Of a stretch of DNA of 64,000 nucleotides, positions 18,394 to 27,581 are shown in pieces (positions within the stretch are counted from its first letter, which is position 1; each line of letters starts with the position of its first letter). The position numbers and the translations under genes are program-made. Below the pieces are notes generated by a model that was not told the DNA's origin, ran no database searches, and saw nothing but the letters and a program-made list of their open reading frames with translations. This stretch comes from Pseudomonadota bacterium (GTDB lineage Bacteria > Pseudomonadota > Gammaproteobacteria > Arenicellales > Poriferihabitantaceae). Location of the stretch: positions 2,151 to 66,150 of the forward strand of contig JBCCGE010000001.1 in assembly GCA_039029455.1 (NCBI GenBank), given 5' to 3'.

Positions 18394-19488
18394 ATGAAAG
18401 TTCTGGCTCTGGGTGGAGACGGCATTGGTCCGGAAGTTTTGGATTCGGCCTTGCGAGTTCTGGACGTTGCTGCAAAGTCGATCAATCTGAAATTTGATCT
18501 CACTGAAGATCTGCTGCACGGGGCGTGTTGGGAGAAACACGGCGTTTTTATACGGCAGCAGACTCTGGACGCGGCGAGGCAGACCGACGCCTTGCTGGTC
18601 GGTGCCGTCGGTGGGCCCGACTGGGATCATATCGTTGTCGAAGGTGGTCCGGAGGAACAGGACGGGCTGATGAAGCTTCGGCATGAGCTGGATGTCTTCG
18701 CCTGTGTGCGCAAGGCAAGGGCGTGGGATGCTCTGCTCGACAAGACCCCTTTTCGAGCTGACGTGGTCCGGGGTGCTGACATTGTCGTGATGCGTGAACT
18801 TTGCGGGGGTGCGATGTTTTCCGCCACGCGAGGGATGGATCAAACCAAAGATGGTGTCCGGCGAGCCTATGATCTGAATGAATACGATGCAAACGAAATT
18901 GCGCGTTTTGCGCGCGCCGGTTTCGCAATTGCGCAACGACGTCGGAAGAAAGTGGTGTCCGTCGATAAAGCCAATGTATTCATCGTTGGAAAACTCTGGC
19001 GTGAGGTGGTTGATGAGATCGCACGATCGGAATTTCCGGAGGTCGAGCTGAAACATTACTTTACAGACAATGCGGTCTACCAGATGAATTGTCGCCCCCG
19101 GGATTTCGACGTTTTTCTGGCAGACAATCTTTTTGGCGACCTGATGTCTGATCAATCCGCGTCGATTGCCGGATCTCTTGGCATGCTGCCGTCAGCGTCA
19201 TTGTCTCAAATCCCGTCGGCCGGTCGGGTGGAAGCACCGGCAATATATGAGCCGGTGCACGGCAGTGCACCGGATATTGCAGGCCTGGGCATTGCCAATC
19301 CCATTGGTATGATTCTTTCAATGGCGATGATGCTGGAGTATTCAGCAGATCAACCGGAGTGCGCGAAAAAAATCGAGGCTGCCGTTGAGCAGGTTCTGGA
19401 TTCGGGCTGTCGATCTGCCGACCTGGGAGGAAGTGCCACAACGATTGAAATCACTGATGCAGTGATTGCCGCGTTCAGATCGCTATGA
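18394..19488 (+). CDS. isocitrate/isopropylmalate dehydrogenase family oxidative decarboxylase (tartrate/3-IPM dehydrogenase-like)
   Basis: MKVLALGGDGIGPEV N-terminus, VDKANV, NLFGDLMSDQSASIAGSLGMLPSASL and YEPVHGSAPDIAG are family signature blocks. Confidence 0.85.
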   Translation: MKVLALGGDGIGPEVLDSALRVLDVAAKSINLKFDLTEDLLHGACWEKHGVFIRQQTLDAARQTDALLVGAVGGPDWDHIVVEGGPEEQDGLMKLRHELDVFACVRKARAWDALLDKTPFRADVVRGADIVVMRELCGGAMFSATRGMDQTKDGVRRAYDLNEYDANEIARFARAGFAIAQRRRKKVVSVDKANVFIVGKLWREVVDEIARSEFPEVELKHYFTDNAVYQMNCRPRDFDVFLADNLFGDLMSDQSASIAGSLGMLPSASLSQIPSAGRVEAPAIYEPVHGSAPDIAGLGIANPIGMILSMAMMLEYSADQPECAKKIEAAVEQVLDSGCRSADLGGSATTIEITDAVIAAFRSL

Positions 19489-21161
19489 AATCGACACCGG
19501 TCTATGACTATGTGGTTGCCGGGGGTGGCTCTGCCGGCTGCACGCTGGCGGCTCGTCTGTGTGAGGACCGCAACGTTTCGGTTTGTCTGATCGAAGCAGG
19601 CGGCAACGGACGAAACCTGTTTATTCGAATGCCCGCAGGAAACGGATTTGTGTTCGGGAATCCGCGACTGGACTGGGGGTTTACGTCGATTGCGCAAAAA
19701 AATCTGCATGGACGGCAAATTTATTTTCCGCGGGGAAAGGGTCTGGGTGGCACCTCGAATTTGAATGGCATGATGTACATGCGTGGGGTGCCCAAGGACT
19801 ATGATCGATGGCGCGACTCTGGGCTTGACGACTGGGGGTATTCGAATTTGTTGCCCTATTTCAAGCGATCAGAATGCTCTCGTGATCGCAGGGATTCCTG
19901 GCACGGGGTAAATGGACCGTTAAAAACTGAGCCGTCCGTCAACTTCAGTACTCTGGATCGCGCATTTATAGATTCGGCTGTTCGAGCAGGTCACAGGTTT
20001 CTCGATGATCTGAACGGTCCCGAGCGAACCGGCGTGGCTATTTCAGACTGCACAGTGCACAAGGGCGTTCGGCAGTCGAGTGCATTGGCGTACCTTGAAA
20101 AACGTCCGTCAAACCTGACCGTTTTGACCGGGAAACATATCCATCGCATCGCCTTCGACGGTACCCGTGCAGCGGGTGTTGAAATGGTAGATGGAAGCAT
20201 CATTCGCGCCGATCGTGAAGTCATTTCCTGCCTGGGCGCGTTTGGATCTCCGCAGGTGTTAATGTTGTCAGGAATTGGTTCTGCTGCCCATCTTGAGTCA
20301 CACGGAATTTCTGCCCGCGTCGATCTGCCCGCCGTGGGGCGGTATCTTGCAGATCATGTGGATGTGTCGATGCAGTACGGTTCGGATCGTATGGATTTAT
20401 CGCTGGCAAGGTTTCAGCGGCTGGACAAAGCGGCCGGCCTGATGGCCCGCTGGCTCTGGAACGGTTCAGGTCCCGGCGGTGGTGCGTTCTTTTCGGCTGT
20501 GCTTTTTCATGCGATCAATGATCCCGAACTGCCGGATATGGAAGTTTTCATGACGCCGATGACGATTAGCGAAAACCTCACGGATGGCAATAATGAACGC
20601 ACACCGTTGTCCCAGCTTCTGGGGAGAAAACTGCTGGTAAGGGGACGCAAGGTGGCAAAGCCCGGAGTGCAGATAGATATTAATCTGGAGCGTCCTTACT
20701 CCACCGGCACGGTCTGTCTGGCGGACAGCGATCCGATGTCTCATCCACTTATTGACCCGAACTATTTTTCAGACGAGCGTGATCTGGATGTCTTGCGAGA
20801 GGGTGTTGCTGTGATGCGGGAGGTTATGTCGCAGTCTGAAATTTCCCAATATCTGAATGGTGAGTTGGCGCCATGGAAGGGGGCTCGTAGCGTTGAGCAG
20901 ATTAACGAAGCCATTCGGGCTTCGGCTTATACCGGTCACCACCCCTGTTCCACCGTTCGCATGGGAGGAGTGGATGATGATTCAGCCCTTGACGCGAACT
21001 TATGCGTGCGCGGGGTCCAGGGCCTTCGTGTATGTGATGCCAGCGCCATGCCGACACAGATCACCGGCAACCTGAATGCAACGGTGATTGCCATGGCCGA
21101 GAAAGCAGCTGACCTGATTCTGGGAAAACCTCCACTGCCGCCGGAAGATCCGCAACCATGA
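19485..21161 (+). CDS. GMC family oxidoreductase (choline-dehydrogenase-like flavoprotein)
   Basis: YDYVVAGGGSAGCTLAARL FAD fold. GKGLGGTSNLNGMMYMRG (GMC signature 1) and a C-terminal HPCSTVRMG active-site His block. 4-bp overlap with the upstream gene. Confidence 0.9.
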   Translation: MKSTPVYDYVVAGGGSAGCTLAARLCEDRNVSVCLIEAGGNGRNLFIRMPAGNGFVFGNPRLDWGFTSIAQKNLHGRQIYFPRGKGLGGTSNLNGMMYMRGVPKDYDRWRDSGLDDWGYSNLLPYFKRSECSRDRRDSWHGVNGPLKTEPSVNFSTLDRAFIDSAVRAGHRFLDDLNGPERTGVAISDCTVHKGVRQSSALAYLEKRPSNLTVLTGKHIHRIAFDGTRAAGVEMVDGSIIRADREVISCLGAFGSPQVLMLSGIGSAAHLESHGISARVDLPAVGRYLADHVDVSMQYGSDRMDLSLARFQRLDKAAGLMARWLWNGSGPGGGAFFSAVLFHAINDPELPDMEVFMTPMTISENLTDGNNERTPLSQLLGRKLLVRGRKVAKPGVQIDINLERPYSTGTVCLADSDPMSHPLIDPNYFSDERDLDVLREGVAVMREVMSQSEISQYLNGELAPWKGARSVEQINEAIRASAYTGHHPCSTVRMGGVDDDSALDANLCVRGVQGLRVCDASAMPTQITGNLNATVIAMAEKAADLILGKPPLPPEDPQP

Positions 21162-22357
21162 GCGCAGAATCCAGATATCAAATCGTTACAAATGAATTAG
21201 CCAATGCGTGCCTCCGCATTCAATGGCGCGATGGACACTGCAGTGAATTCCACCCGATCTGGTTGCGGCATCAGTGTGAGTGTTCGGATTGTGGCACGCC
21301 GCTAAATGCAGTGCGTGCGCTTCGTATTTATCACATTCCTGCAGATATCAGCATTGCATCAATTGAGCACCAACACGGTTGTATCCGCATTGTCTGGTCG
21401 AACGATCACCATCGTTCGGAGTATTCAGCCCGCTGGTTGCGAGACCATTGTTATTCTCTGAGAGAGCGGCAGGCGCGTAAACATCGTCCCATATTGTGGG
21501 ATCACAATATCGGCGATAACCCGCCTGCATTTGATTTTGCAGCAGCAGAGGGGGATCCGTCGTGCCGGCTGGAGATGCTTGAAGCCGTTGCGGATTACGG
21601 CTTCTGCAAAATCGTAAATTCCCCCGGTGATCTGGAGCAGGCCGAGCGGCTAATTTCACTGGTCGGTGCCCGACGTCAGACTCATTTCGGGTTTTACCAA
21701 TTGTCGAAGAAGCCTTCGATCAACAATGTCGGTGATATCAAGCATGAACTGGTGCCCCACTGCGACGAAACCTATCGCACGTCAACCATAGGTATCACCG
21801 TATTTCAGGTGATTCGACCGGCTAAAGTTGGTGGCGATTCGACTTTAATGGACGGATTTGAAGCGGTTCGTCGACTGCGTGACACAGACCCGGACGGATT
21901 TGATTTACTGACACGGCTGCCGGTGTTCGCCCAGCGGCTGGATACAGATTATCTGCATCTGGATATGCCGAGACTGTATCAGTGCCGTCTGCCGGTCATT
22001 CGACTTGATGAGGACGGTGATGTGGTTGGTGTGCGAATCAATGAACGGCAGATTTCGCTGCTGGACGTGGCGCCTGAGCTGATCGAGCCCACATATAGTG
22101 CGTTACGCAACCTGATGAAAATTGTCTATGAACCTGATCTGCTGATACAGTTTCCACTGAAAAAGGGCGAGGGCCTGCTGTTTAATAATCAGAGGGTATT
22201 ACACGGCCGGACTGCCTTTGAGACCGAAACCCCCGGGCGCTCAGTGCTGACGAACTCGGTCGATCTGGAAGACTTTTACTCGAACCTTCGAATGCTGACC
22301 TCGAAATTGAAACCCGATCAACCGCCAACGACCTACACCCAGGGTCTGGTAACGTAA
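21158..22357 (+). CDS. gamma-butyrobetaine hydroxylase / trimethyllysine hydroxylase-type Fe(II)/2-oxoglutarate dioxygenase
   Basis: N-terminal DUF971-type domain with CECSDC (CxCxxC) and IWLRHQC. Catalytic HCDETY (HxD) and the distal VLHGRTAF His are present. 4-bp overlap with the upstream gene. Confidence 0.85.
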   Translation: MSAESRYQIVTNELANACLRIQWRDGHCSEFHPIWLRHQCECSDCGTPLNAVRALRIYHIPADISIASIEHQHGCIRIVWSNDHHRSEYSARWLRDHCYSLRERQARKHRPILWDHNIGDNPPAFDFAAAEGDPSCRLEMLEAVADYGFCKIVNSPGDLEQAERLISLVGARRQTHFGFYQLSKKPSINNVGDIKHELVPHCDETYRTSTIGITVFQVIRPAKVGGDSTLMDGFEAVRRLRDTDPDGFDLLTRLPVFAQRLDTDYLHLDMPRLYQCRLPVIRLDEDGDVVGVRINERQISLLDVAPELIEPTYSALRNLMKIVYEPDLLIQFPLKKGEGLLFNNQRVLHGRTAFETETPGRSVLTNSVDLEDFYSNLRMLTSKLKPDQPPTTYTQGLVT

Positions 22358-23974
22358 ATGACGATGACCAATCTGATCACCTGTGGCGAAGCCACCATGC
22401 TGTTGCTTGAACAATACGGAGTGGATACTGTATTCGGAATCCCGGGTGTGCACACTCTGGATTTCTGCCGTGGGATGTCCGACAGGTCAGGCAATGGGAT
22501 TCATCATGTGCAGACCCGCAACGAACAGGGCGCTGGCTTTATGGCCGAAGGGTGGTCACGCGCCACCGGTGACGTGGGTGTGGCCCTTGTGATCTCAGGT
22601 CCCGGTGTCACCAATGCAAGTACAGCACTGGGTCAGTCCTATGCTGACAGTCTGCCGGTTCTGCTGATCTCGGCTGAAGCGGCAAGTTACACCATTGGCA
22701 AAGGTTGGGGGGTATTGCATGAGGTTACAGAACAAAAACGCGTGACTGAACCACTGACCGCGTTTTCCGCGACCGCACAATCCGCTGCGGATGTGCCGCT
22801 GCTTCTGGCGCAGGCATTCGCGGTTTTTCGAAGCCAGCGACCTCGCCCCGTTCATATTTCTATTCCGATTGATGTGCAGGCCGAGATGGTGGAGCCCGGC
22901 TGGGCTGCGCTAAGTCCACCCGGAAGACCGCGGGCGTCGGATTCACAAATCGAACGGGCGGCCGGGTTGCTGCGATCCGCAAAATGTCCGCTGTTGATGA
23001 CCGGCGGAGGTGCAGTGTCCGCCAGTGAGAGTCTGACGCGGATTGCAGAATCCACCGGCGCCATTGTTGTCGCATCGACGGCGGGCAAGGGTGTGGTTGC
23101 AGATGACCACCCGCTGTCGCTGTCGGCGTCCACTGTGCGACCGGAAGTGCTCGGTTTTCTGCACGAAGCGGACGTTATTCTCGCGGTTGGAACAGAGTTG
23201 TCTGAAACAGACAGCTTTGTTGAACGCATGGATCTGCTTGGAAAAATCATTCGCGTTGATATCGACCCGACCAAGGTGAACGACTTCTATCCCGCCGAGC
23301 ACGGGATCGTCGCCGATGCGGATGACACCATGATGCGCCTGGCGCAGCTGCTGGGTGATGATGCCAGTGCGAACAGGTTAGCGCAGGAAAAACGGGTTGA
23401 AGTAATCCGGCAGCAGATTGCGGCCAACCTTTCAGCATCAGAAAAGCAGCACGTCGAGACGCTGAATCGGTTGTCGGCGATTGCACCCGAGGACACAATA
23501 TGGTCCGGTGACGCTTGCCAGCTGGTGTACACCGGTGCGTTCGCCATGCCTATGCAGCGACCGCGACACTGGTTTTACCCGGCCGGTTACTGTGCACTCG
23601 GCAACGCGTTGCCGAACGCTATTGGCGCCAAGCTGGCGTGTCCGAATCAGCCGGTTTGCGTATTGGCGGGAGATGGTGGTTTTATGTTCACCATGCCTGA
23701 GTTGATCACGGCGGCTGAACTGAATCTGTCGATTCCGATCATCATCTGGGAAAACGGCGGCCTGAAGCAAATCCAGGACGATATGGACGGTCGCGATATC
23801 GCTCGCGTAGGTGTGGAGGGTATCAATCCGGATTTCGTGGCGCTGGCGCAGGCCTGTCACTGCTATGGCGAGCGTTGTGAAACCCTTGACGATCTCGAAA
23901 GAGCCTTTAATGCGGCGTTGACTCGGGATCGACCTAGCGTAATAGTGGTTCCTGAAAAACAGCCTGATTTGTGA
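22358..23974 (+). CDS. thiamine-diphosphate-dependent enzyme (acetolactate-synthase-like fold)
   Basis: N-terminal Pyr domain (GVDTVFGIPGVHTL, NEQGAGFMAEGW) and C-terminal ThDP motif LAGDGGFMFTMPEL...IIIWENGG. Start abuts the upstream stop. Confidence 0.85.
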   Translation: MTMTNLITCGEATMLLLEQYGVDTVFGIPGVHTLDFCRGMSDRSGNGIHHVQTRNEQGAGFMAEGWSRATGDVGVALVISGPGVTNASTALGQSYADSLPVLLISAEAASYTIGKGWGVLHEVTEQKRVTEPLTAFSATAQSAADVPLLLAQAFAVFRSQRPRPVHISIPIDVQAEMVEPGWAALSPPGRPRASDSQIERAAGLLRSAKCPLLMTGGGAVSASESLTRIAESTGAIVVASTAGKGVVADDHPLSLSASTVRPEVLGFLHEADVILAVGTELSETDSFVERMDLLGKIIRVDIDPTKVNDFYPAEHGIVADADDTMMRLAQLLGDDASANRLAQEKRVEVIRQQIAANLSASEKQHVETLNRLSAIAPEDTIWSGDACQLVYTGAFAMPMQRPRHWFYPAGYCALGNALPNAIGAKLACPNQPVCVLAGDGGFMFTMPELITAAELNLSIPIIIWENGGLKQIQDDMDGRDIARVGVEGINPDFVALAQACHCYGERCETLDDLERAFNAALTRDRPSVIVVPEKQPDL

Positions 23975-25449
23975 TGAAACGATACCAGTATTTTGCGAAT
24001 AACGAGTGGCACGATCCCGACTCGGGTCAATATATCGACAGCGAAAACCCTGCGTTGGGTGAGGTCTGGGCTCAGATTCCCGACTGCAATCAAAGTGATA
24101 TTGATCGTGCAGTGGCCGCTGCGAAAGATGCATTTTATCGAGGTCCATGGGGGCGAATGATGTCCGCTGAGCGCGGGCGGCTGATGCGACGAATGGGTGA
24201 CGTCATATCAAAATATGCGGATCATCTCGGTGAGATCGAAACCCGGGACAACGGCAAGCTGCCGAAAAATATTACGCCGTCTTTAAAGCCTGCGGCATGG
24301 CAGGTCGACAGTTTCCACTACTACGGCGGGATGTGTGACAAGTTTGAAGGCAGTCTGATACCAGCCGAGGCGCCGGATATTCACAACTACCTGAAATGGG
24401 AGCCGTTTGGTGTCTGCGGTTTGATCCTGCCGTGGAACTCGCCACTGGGCACACTGATCTGGAAACTCGCGCCCTGTCTGGCTGCGGGCAATACCGTGGT
24501 CATGAAACCTTCAGAGCAGTCGTCGTGTTCGACACTCGAGTTGATGAACGTGTTGCTTGAAGCAGATCTGCCACCCGGTGTTTTGAATGTGGTGACAGGC
24601 TACGGTCCGACCACCGGTGAGCCGCTGCTCGATCATGATGATGTGCGAATGGTGTCGTTTACCGGCGGAACAGCTGGAGGCAGGGCGGCCGCGGCCGTTG
24701 CCGCGCGCAAGATCAAACCAATCGTTATGGAACTCGGTGGAAAATCCCCTCAGATCGTCCTGCAGGATGCAGATCTTGACCTCGCGGTGAACGGAGTAGC
24801 TTCGGGTATTTTTCCGGCAGGGGGGCAAAGCTGCATCTCGGGTTCACGTCTGCTGGTGCATCAATCCGTTAAAGATGACTTTGCCTCCCGGCTGGTCGAT
24901 ATTGTACAGAAGGCGAAGGTTGGCGATCCGACGGACTGTGCGACTCAGATTGGACCGATGGCGAACCGGCCACACTATGAGCGCGTGCTGGAGAAGATTT
25001 CCGCTGCGGAAGCGGCGGGTCACCGTTTGTTGCTGGATGGCCGATCGGCGTGTCGAGATCGGGGTTACTACATCGGCCCTACGATTTTTGCTGACGTGCC
25101 AAACGATTCCGAGCTGGCGCAAACGGAGGTATTCGGTCCGGTGGTGTCGATCGAAAGCTGGAGTGATGAAGACGAGGCAATTCGCATTGCAAACGACACA
25201 GACTACGGATTGGCAGCGGGAATCTGGTCGCGTGACGTAGGCAAGGCAATGAGATTGGCGGACCGAATTGAGGCCGGTACCGTCTACATTAACAATTATT
25301 TCAATGCGGCGACGCAGTCACCGGTCGGTGGGTACAAGCAGTCCGGCTACGGTCGGGAAAACGGCTTTGAGGGTATGCGCTGTTTCATGCAGACCAAATC
25401 AGTCTGGTTGTCGACAAATCCTTCGCAACCCGATCCGTTTGCGAGCTGA
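23971..25449 (+). CDS. NAD(P)-dependent aldehyde dehydrogenase
   Basis: VMELGGKSPQIV and GGQSCISGSRLLV (catalytic Cys), EVFGPV and PVGGYKQSGYGRE blocks. 4-bp overlap with the upstream gene. Confidence 0.9.
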   Translation: MMKRYQYFANNEWHDPDSGQYIDSENPALGEVWAQIPDCNQSDIDRAVAAAKDAFYRGPWGRMMSAERGRLMRRMGDVISKYADHLGEIETRDNGKLPKNITPSLKPAAWQVDSFHYYGGMCDKFEGSLIPAEAPDIHNYLKWEPFGVCGLILPWNSPLGTLIWKLAPCLAAGNTVVMKPSEQSSCSTLELMNVLLEADLPPGVLNVVTGYGPTTGEPLLDHDDVRMVSFTGGTAGGRAAAAVAARKIKPIVMELGGKSPQIVLQDADLDLAVNGVASGIFPAGGQSCISGSRLLVHQSVKDDFASRLVDIVQKAKVGDPTDCATQIGPMANRPHYERVLEKISAAEAAGHRLLLDGRSACRDRGYYIGPTIFADVPNDSELAQTEVFGPVVSIESWSDEDEAIRIANDTDYGLAAGIWSRDVGKAMRLADRIEAGTVYINNYFNAATQSPVGGYKQSGYGRENGFEGMRCFMQTKSVWLSTNPSQPDPFAS

Positions 25450-25466
25450 GTCTTTTTACAGGCGCA

Positions 25467-26582
25467 ATGACGGTCACCACACACACGCCGGTACGTTCAA
25501 AGTTAGAGCTGGATGGCGCGCGGGTGGATGTGAAATCATCTGATGCCGTCAATATCGTTGTGCGCATTTTTCAGTCCCTGGGCTGCAGTCCGGAGACAGC
25601 AGTTACGGTGGCAGAACATCTTGCGGACACCAGTCTTTGCGGAATGGAGAGTCACGGTTTAATGCGCACCTTGCAGTATGCAGAGCAGTTTCGCACGGGC
25701 TACATGGATGCGAGTGCGGTACCTGAAGTGATTCACACTGATCGGGGTACGATTGAAGTCAGCGGGCGCGGCGGTATTGGCATTCCTGCTATGGCGCTGG
25801 CTTATGAAACCGGAATGCATTTTGCGAAAAAATCCGGTGTTTCGGCGTTGTCCGTTCGGGACGCCGGACACACGGGGCGGCACGGAGCGTTTGCGGATAG
25901 CGCCGCGGAAAAGGGGTACCTCACGATTTGCCTCGGCGGTGGCAATCGCCATATCTGGCGACAGGTCGCACCGCACGGGGGTGCACGGGGTATGTTGCCG
26001 ACAAATCCCTGGTGTGCGGGGGTACCGGGTGGTGAACGAGGCCCGGTGGTAATGGATTTCGCGACGTCAAAAATTGCCGGTGGCTGGATATACGCGGCCA
26101 AAAGTGCCGGCGCCCTGTTGCCGGAAGGCTGCATCATTGACCGTGATGGAAACCCCACCCGGAGCCCGGACGACTACTTCGACGGTGGAGCAATCCTGCC
26201 CTCCGGTGCTCAAAAAGGTTATGCGCTTGCACTTGTCGCGGAACTGATAGGGGAAGCCATGCTCGGTCCGTCATCCACGGAGTGCAATTGGCTACTCATT
26301 ACATTGGATGCCACGAAATTCAGACAACCGACGGCAATGCAGTCTGCTGCAGAGGCCGTGCTTGACGAGCTGCGTAGCTGCCCGCCTGCCCCGGGGTTTG
26401 ACCGGGTGGAGATCCCGGGTGAACGAGAACGAGACTATCGCCAGCGATCGGCAGGTGTTATTTCGGTGCCCGAGCAGACCTGGAAGCAGATACTCGAATT
26501 GGAATCAGATACCAGGCAGCCGGTCCCGAAATCGGGATCGGCAATAAAATTACATCCACTGAATTCATCAGAGAGGTCGTGA
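25467..26582 (+). CDS. Ldh_2 family oxidoreductase (malate/L-lactate/sulfolactate dehydrogenase type 2)
   Basis: GMESHGLMR, DAGHTGRHG, TNPWCAGVP and GAQKGYALALVAELIGEAMLG are typical Ldh_2 blocks. Confidence 0.8.
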   Translation: MTVTTHTPVRSKLELDGARVDVKSSDAVNIVVRIFQSLGCSPETAVTVAEHLADTSLCGMESHGLMRTLQYAEQFRTGYMDASAVPEVIHTDRGTIEVSGRGGIGIPAMALAYETGMHFAKKSGVSALSVRDAGHTGRHGAFADSAAEKGYLTICLGGGNRHIWRQVAPHGGARGMLPTNPWCAGVPGGERGPVVMDFATSKIAGGWIYAAKSAGALLPEGCIIDRDGNPTRSPDDYFDGGAILPSGAQKGYALALVAELIGEAMLGPSSTECNWLLITLDATKFRQPTAMQSAAEAVLDELRSCPPAPGFDRVEIPGERERDYRQRSAGVISVPEQTWKQILELESDTRQPVPKSGSAIKLHPLNSSERS

Positions 26583-27551
26583 ATGACTGAGCCCGCAGTC
26601 GCAGACGCGAAATATCAACCTGCATATGTGCAGACACCCCCCATCTTTGCCTGGCCGCCGAGGTTGCTGGCTTCGCTGAAGTACCTGACATTGGGCATGC
26701 TCTATCCGTGGGGATTCTTTTATCTTCTCATCGCGGTGCCGACATGGGCCTATCTGACACCATCGCTTCAGACTATGGCCACGTTCGAGCCGGGATGGCT
26801 GGCCCTGCTATGGATACGAAACTGTGTTTTCATTTGCCTGTTTGCCGGTGCACTGCAGTGGCATTTCCACATCCGAAAAGCCCAGGACGCAAAATACAGA
26901 ATTAACCGAAAAGAACTGTCGGAGAATAATCCTCTGTTCTTGTGGGGCAATCAGGTTCGCGACAACATGTTCTGGACCATTGCCTCCGGTGTCACCGTCT
27001 GGACGGCCTACGAGGCAGTGACCTGGTGGATGTATGCCAACGGGCGGGTCGTTCTGGAATACAACCTGATCTGGTTTGTTGCCAGCATCTATATTTTATT
27101 CTTCTGGTCCACGTTTAATTTCTACTGCGTGCACCGTGTTCTGCATTTCCCGGGTGTGTACAAACACGTTCACGAACTGCATCACCGCAATGTGGATGTC
27201 GGACCGTGGTCAGGTATTTCCATGCACCCGGTAGAACATCTGCTGTATTTCACGCCGTTTGTATTGTGGTGGTTTGTACCAGTCCACCCGGTGATCATCC
27301 TGATCACCGGGTTTTATCAGGCGCTGAATCCGGCACTCTCACACTCAGGTTATGACTATCTGGAAGTTGGTCCATTGAAACTCAAAACCGGTGACTGGTT
27401 TCATCAACTGCATCACCAGTATTTCAATCTAAACTACGGCAACACCCCGACACCTATTGATAAAGTATTCGGCAGTTGGCACGATGGCAGCAGAGAATCC
27501 ATGAAGATTCAGCAGGCACGCATCCGCGAAAGGCGCCGACAATCTGCCTGA
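26583..27551 (+). CDS. fatty-acid hydroxylase / sterol desaturase superfamily membrane di-iron oxygenase
   Basis: Has N-terminal TM helices and three histidine boxes: HRVLH, HELHHRN and HQLHHQYF. ATG directly follows the upstream TGA. Confidence 0.8.
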   Translation: MTEPAVADAKYQPAYVQTPPIFAWPPRLLASLKYLTLGMLYPWGFFYLLIAVPTWAYLTPSLQTMATFEPGWLALLWIRNCVFICLFAGALQWHFHIRKAQDAKYRINRKELSENNPLFLWGNQVRDNMFWTIASGVTVWTAYEAVTWWMYANGRVVLEYNLIWFVASIYILFFWSTFNFYCVHRVLHFPGVYKHVHELHHRNVDVGPWSGISMHPVEHLLYFTPFVLWWFVPVHPVIILITGFYQALNPALSHSGYDYLEVGPLKLKTGDWFHQLHHQYFNLNYGNTPTPIDKVFGSWHDGSRESMKIQQARIRERRRQSA

Positions 27552-27581
27552 ATCTAAATACCGACATAAAACATAAATATC

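Noticed and set aside
18370-19155. A 261-aa minus-strand ORF antisense to the isopropylmalate-dehydrogenase-like gene. Similar long antisense or off-frame ORFs occur at 23438-24148, 38015-38692, 22852-23274, 36291-36833 and 36966-37517.
   Set aside because: Each lies entirely inside a gene whose opposite-strand or other-frame product has strong, recognisable family motifs. Their own translations are Arg/Pro/Ser-rich low-complexity sequences, typical of shadow ORFs.
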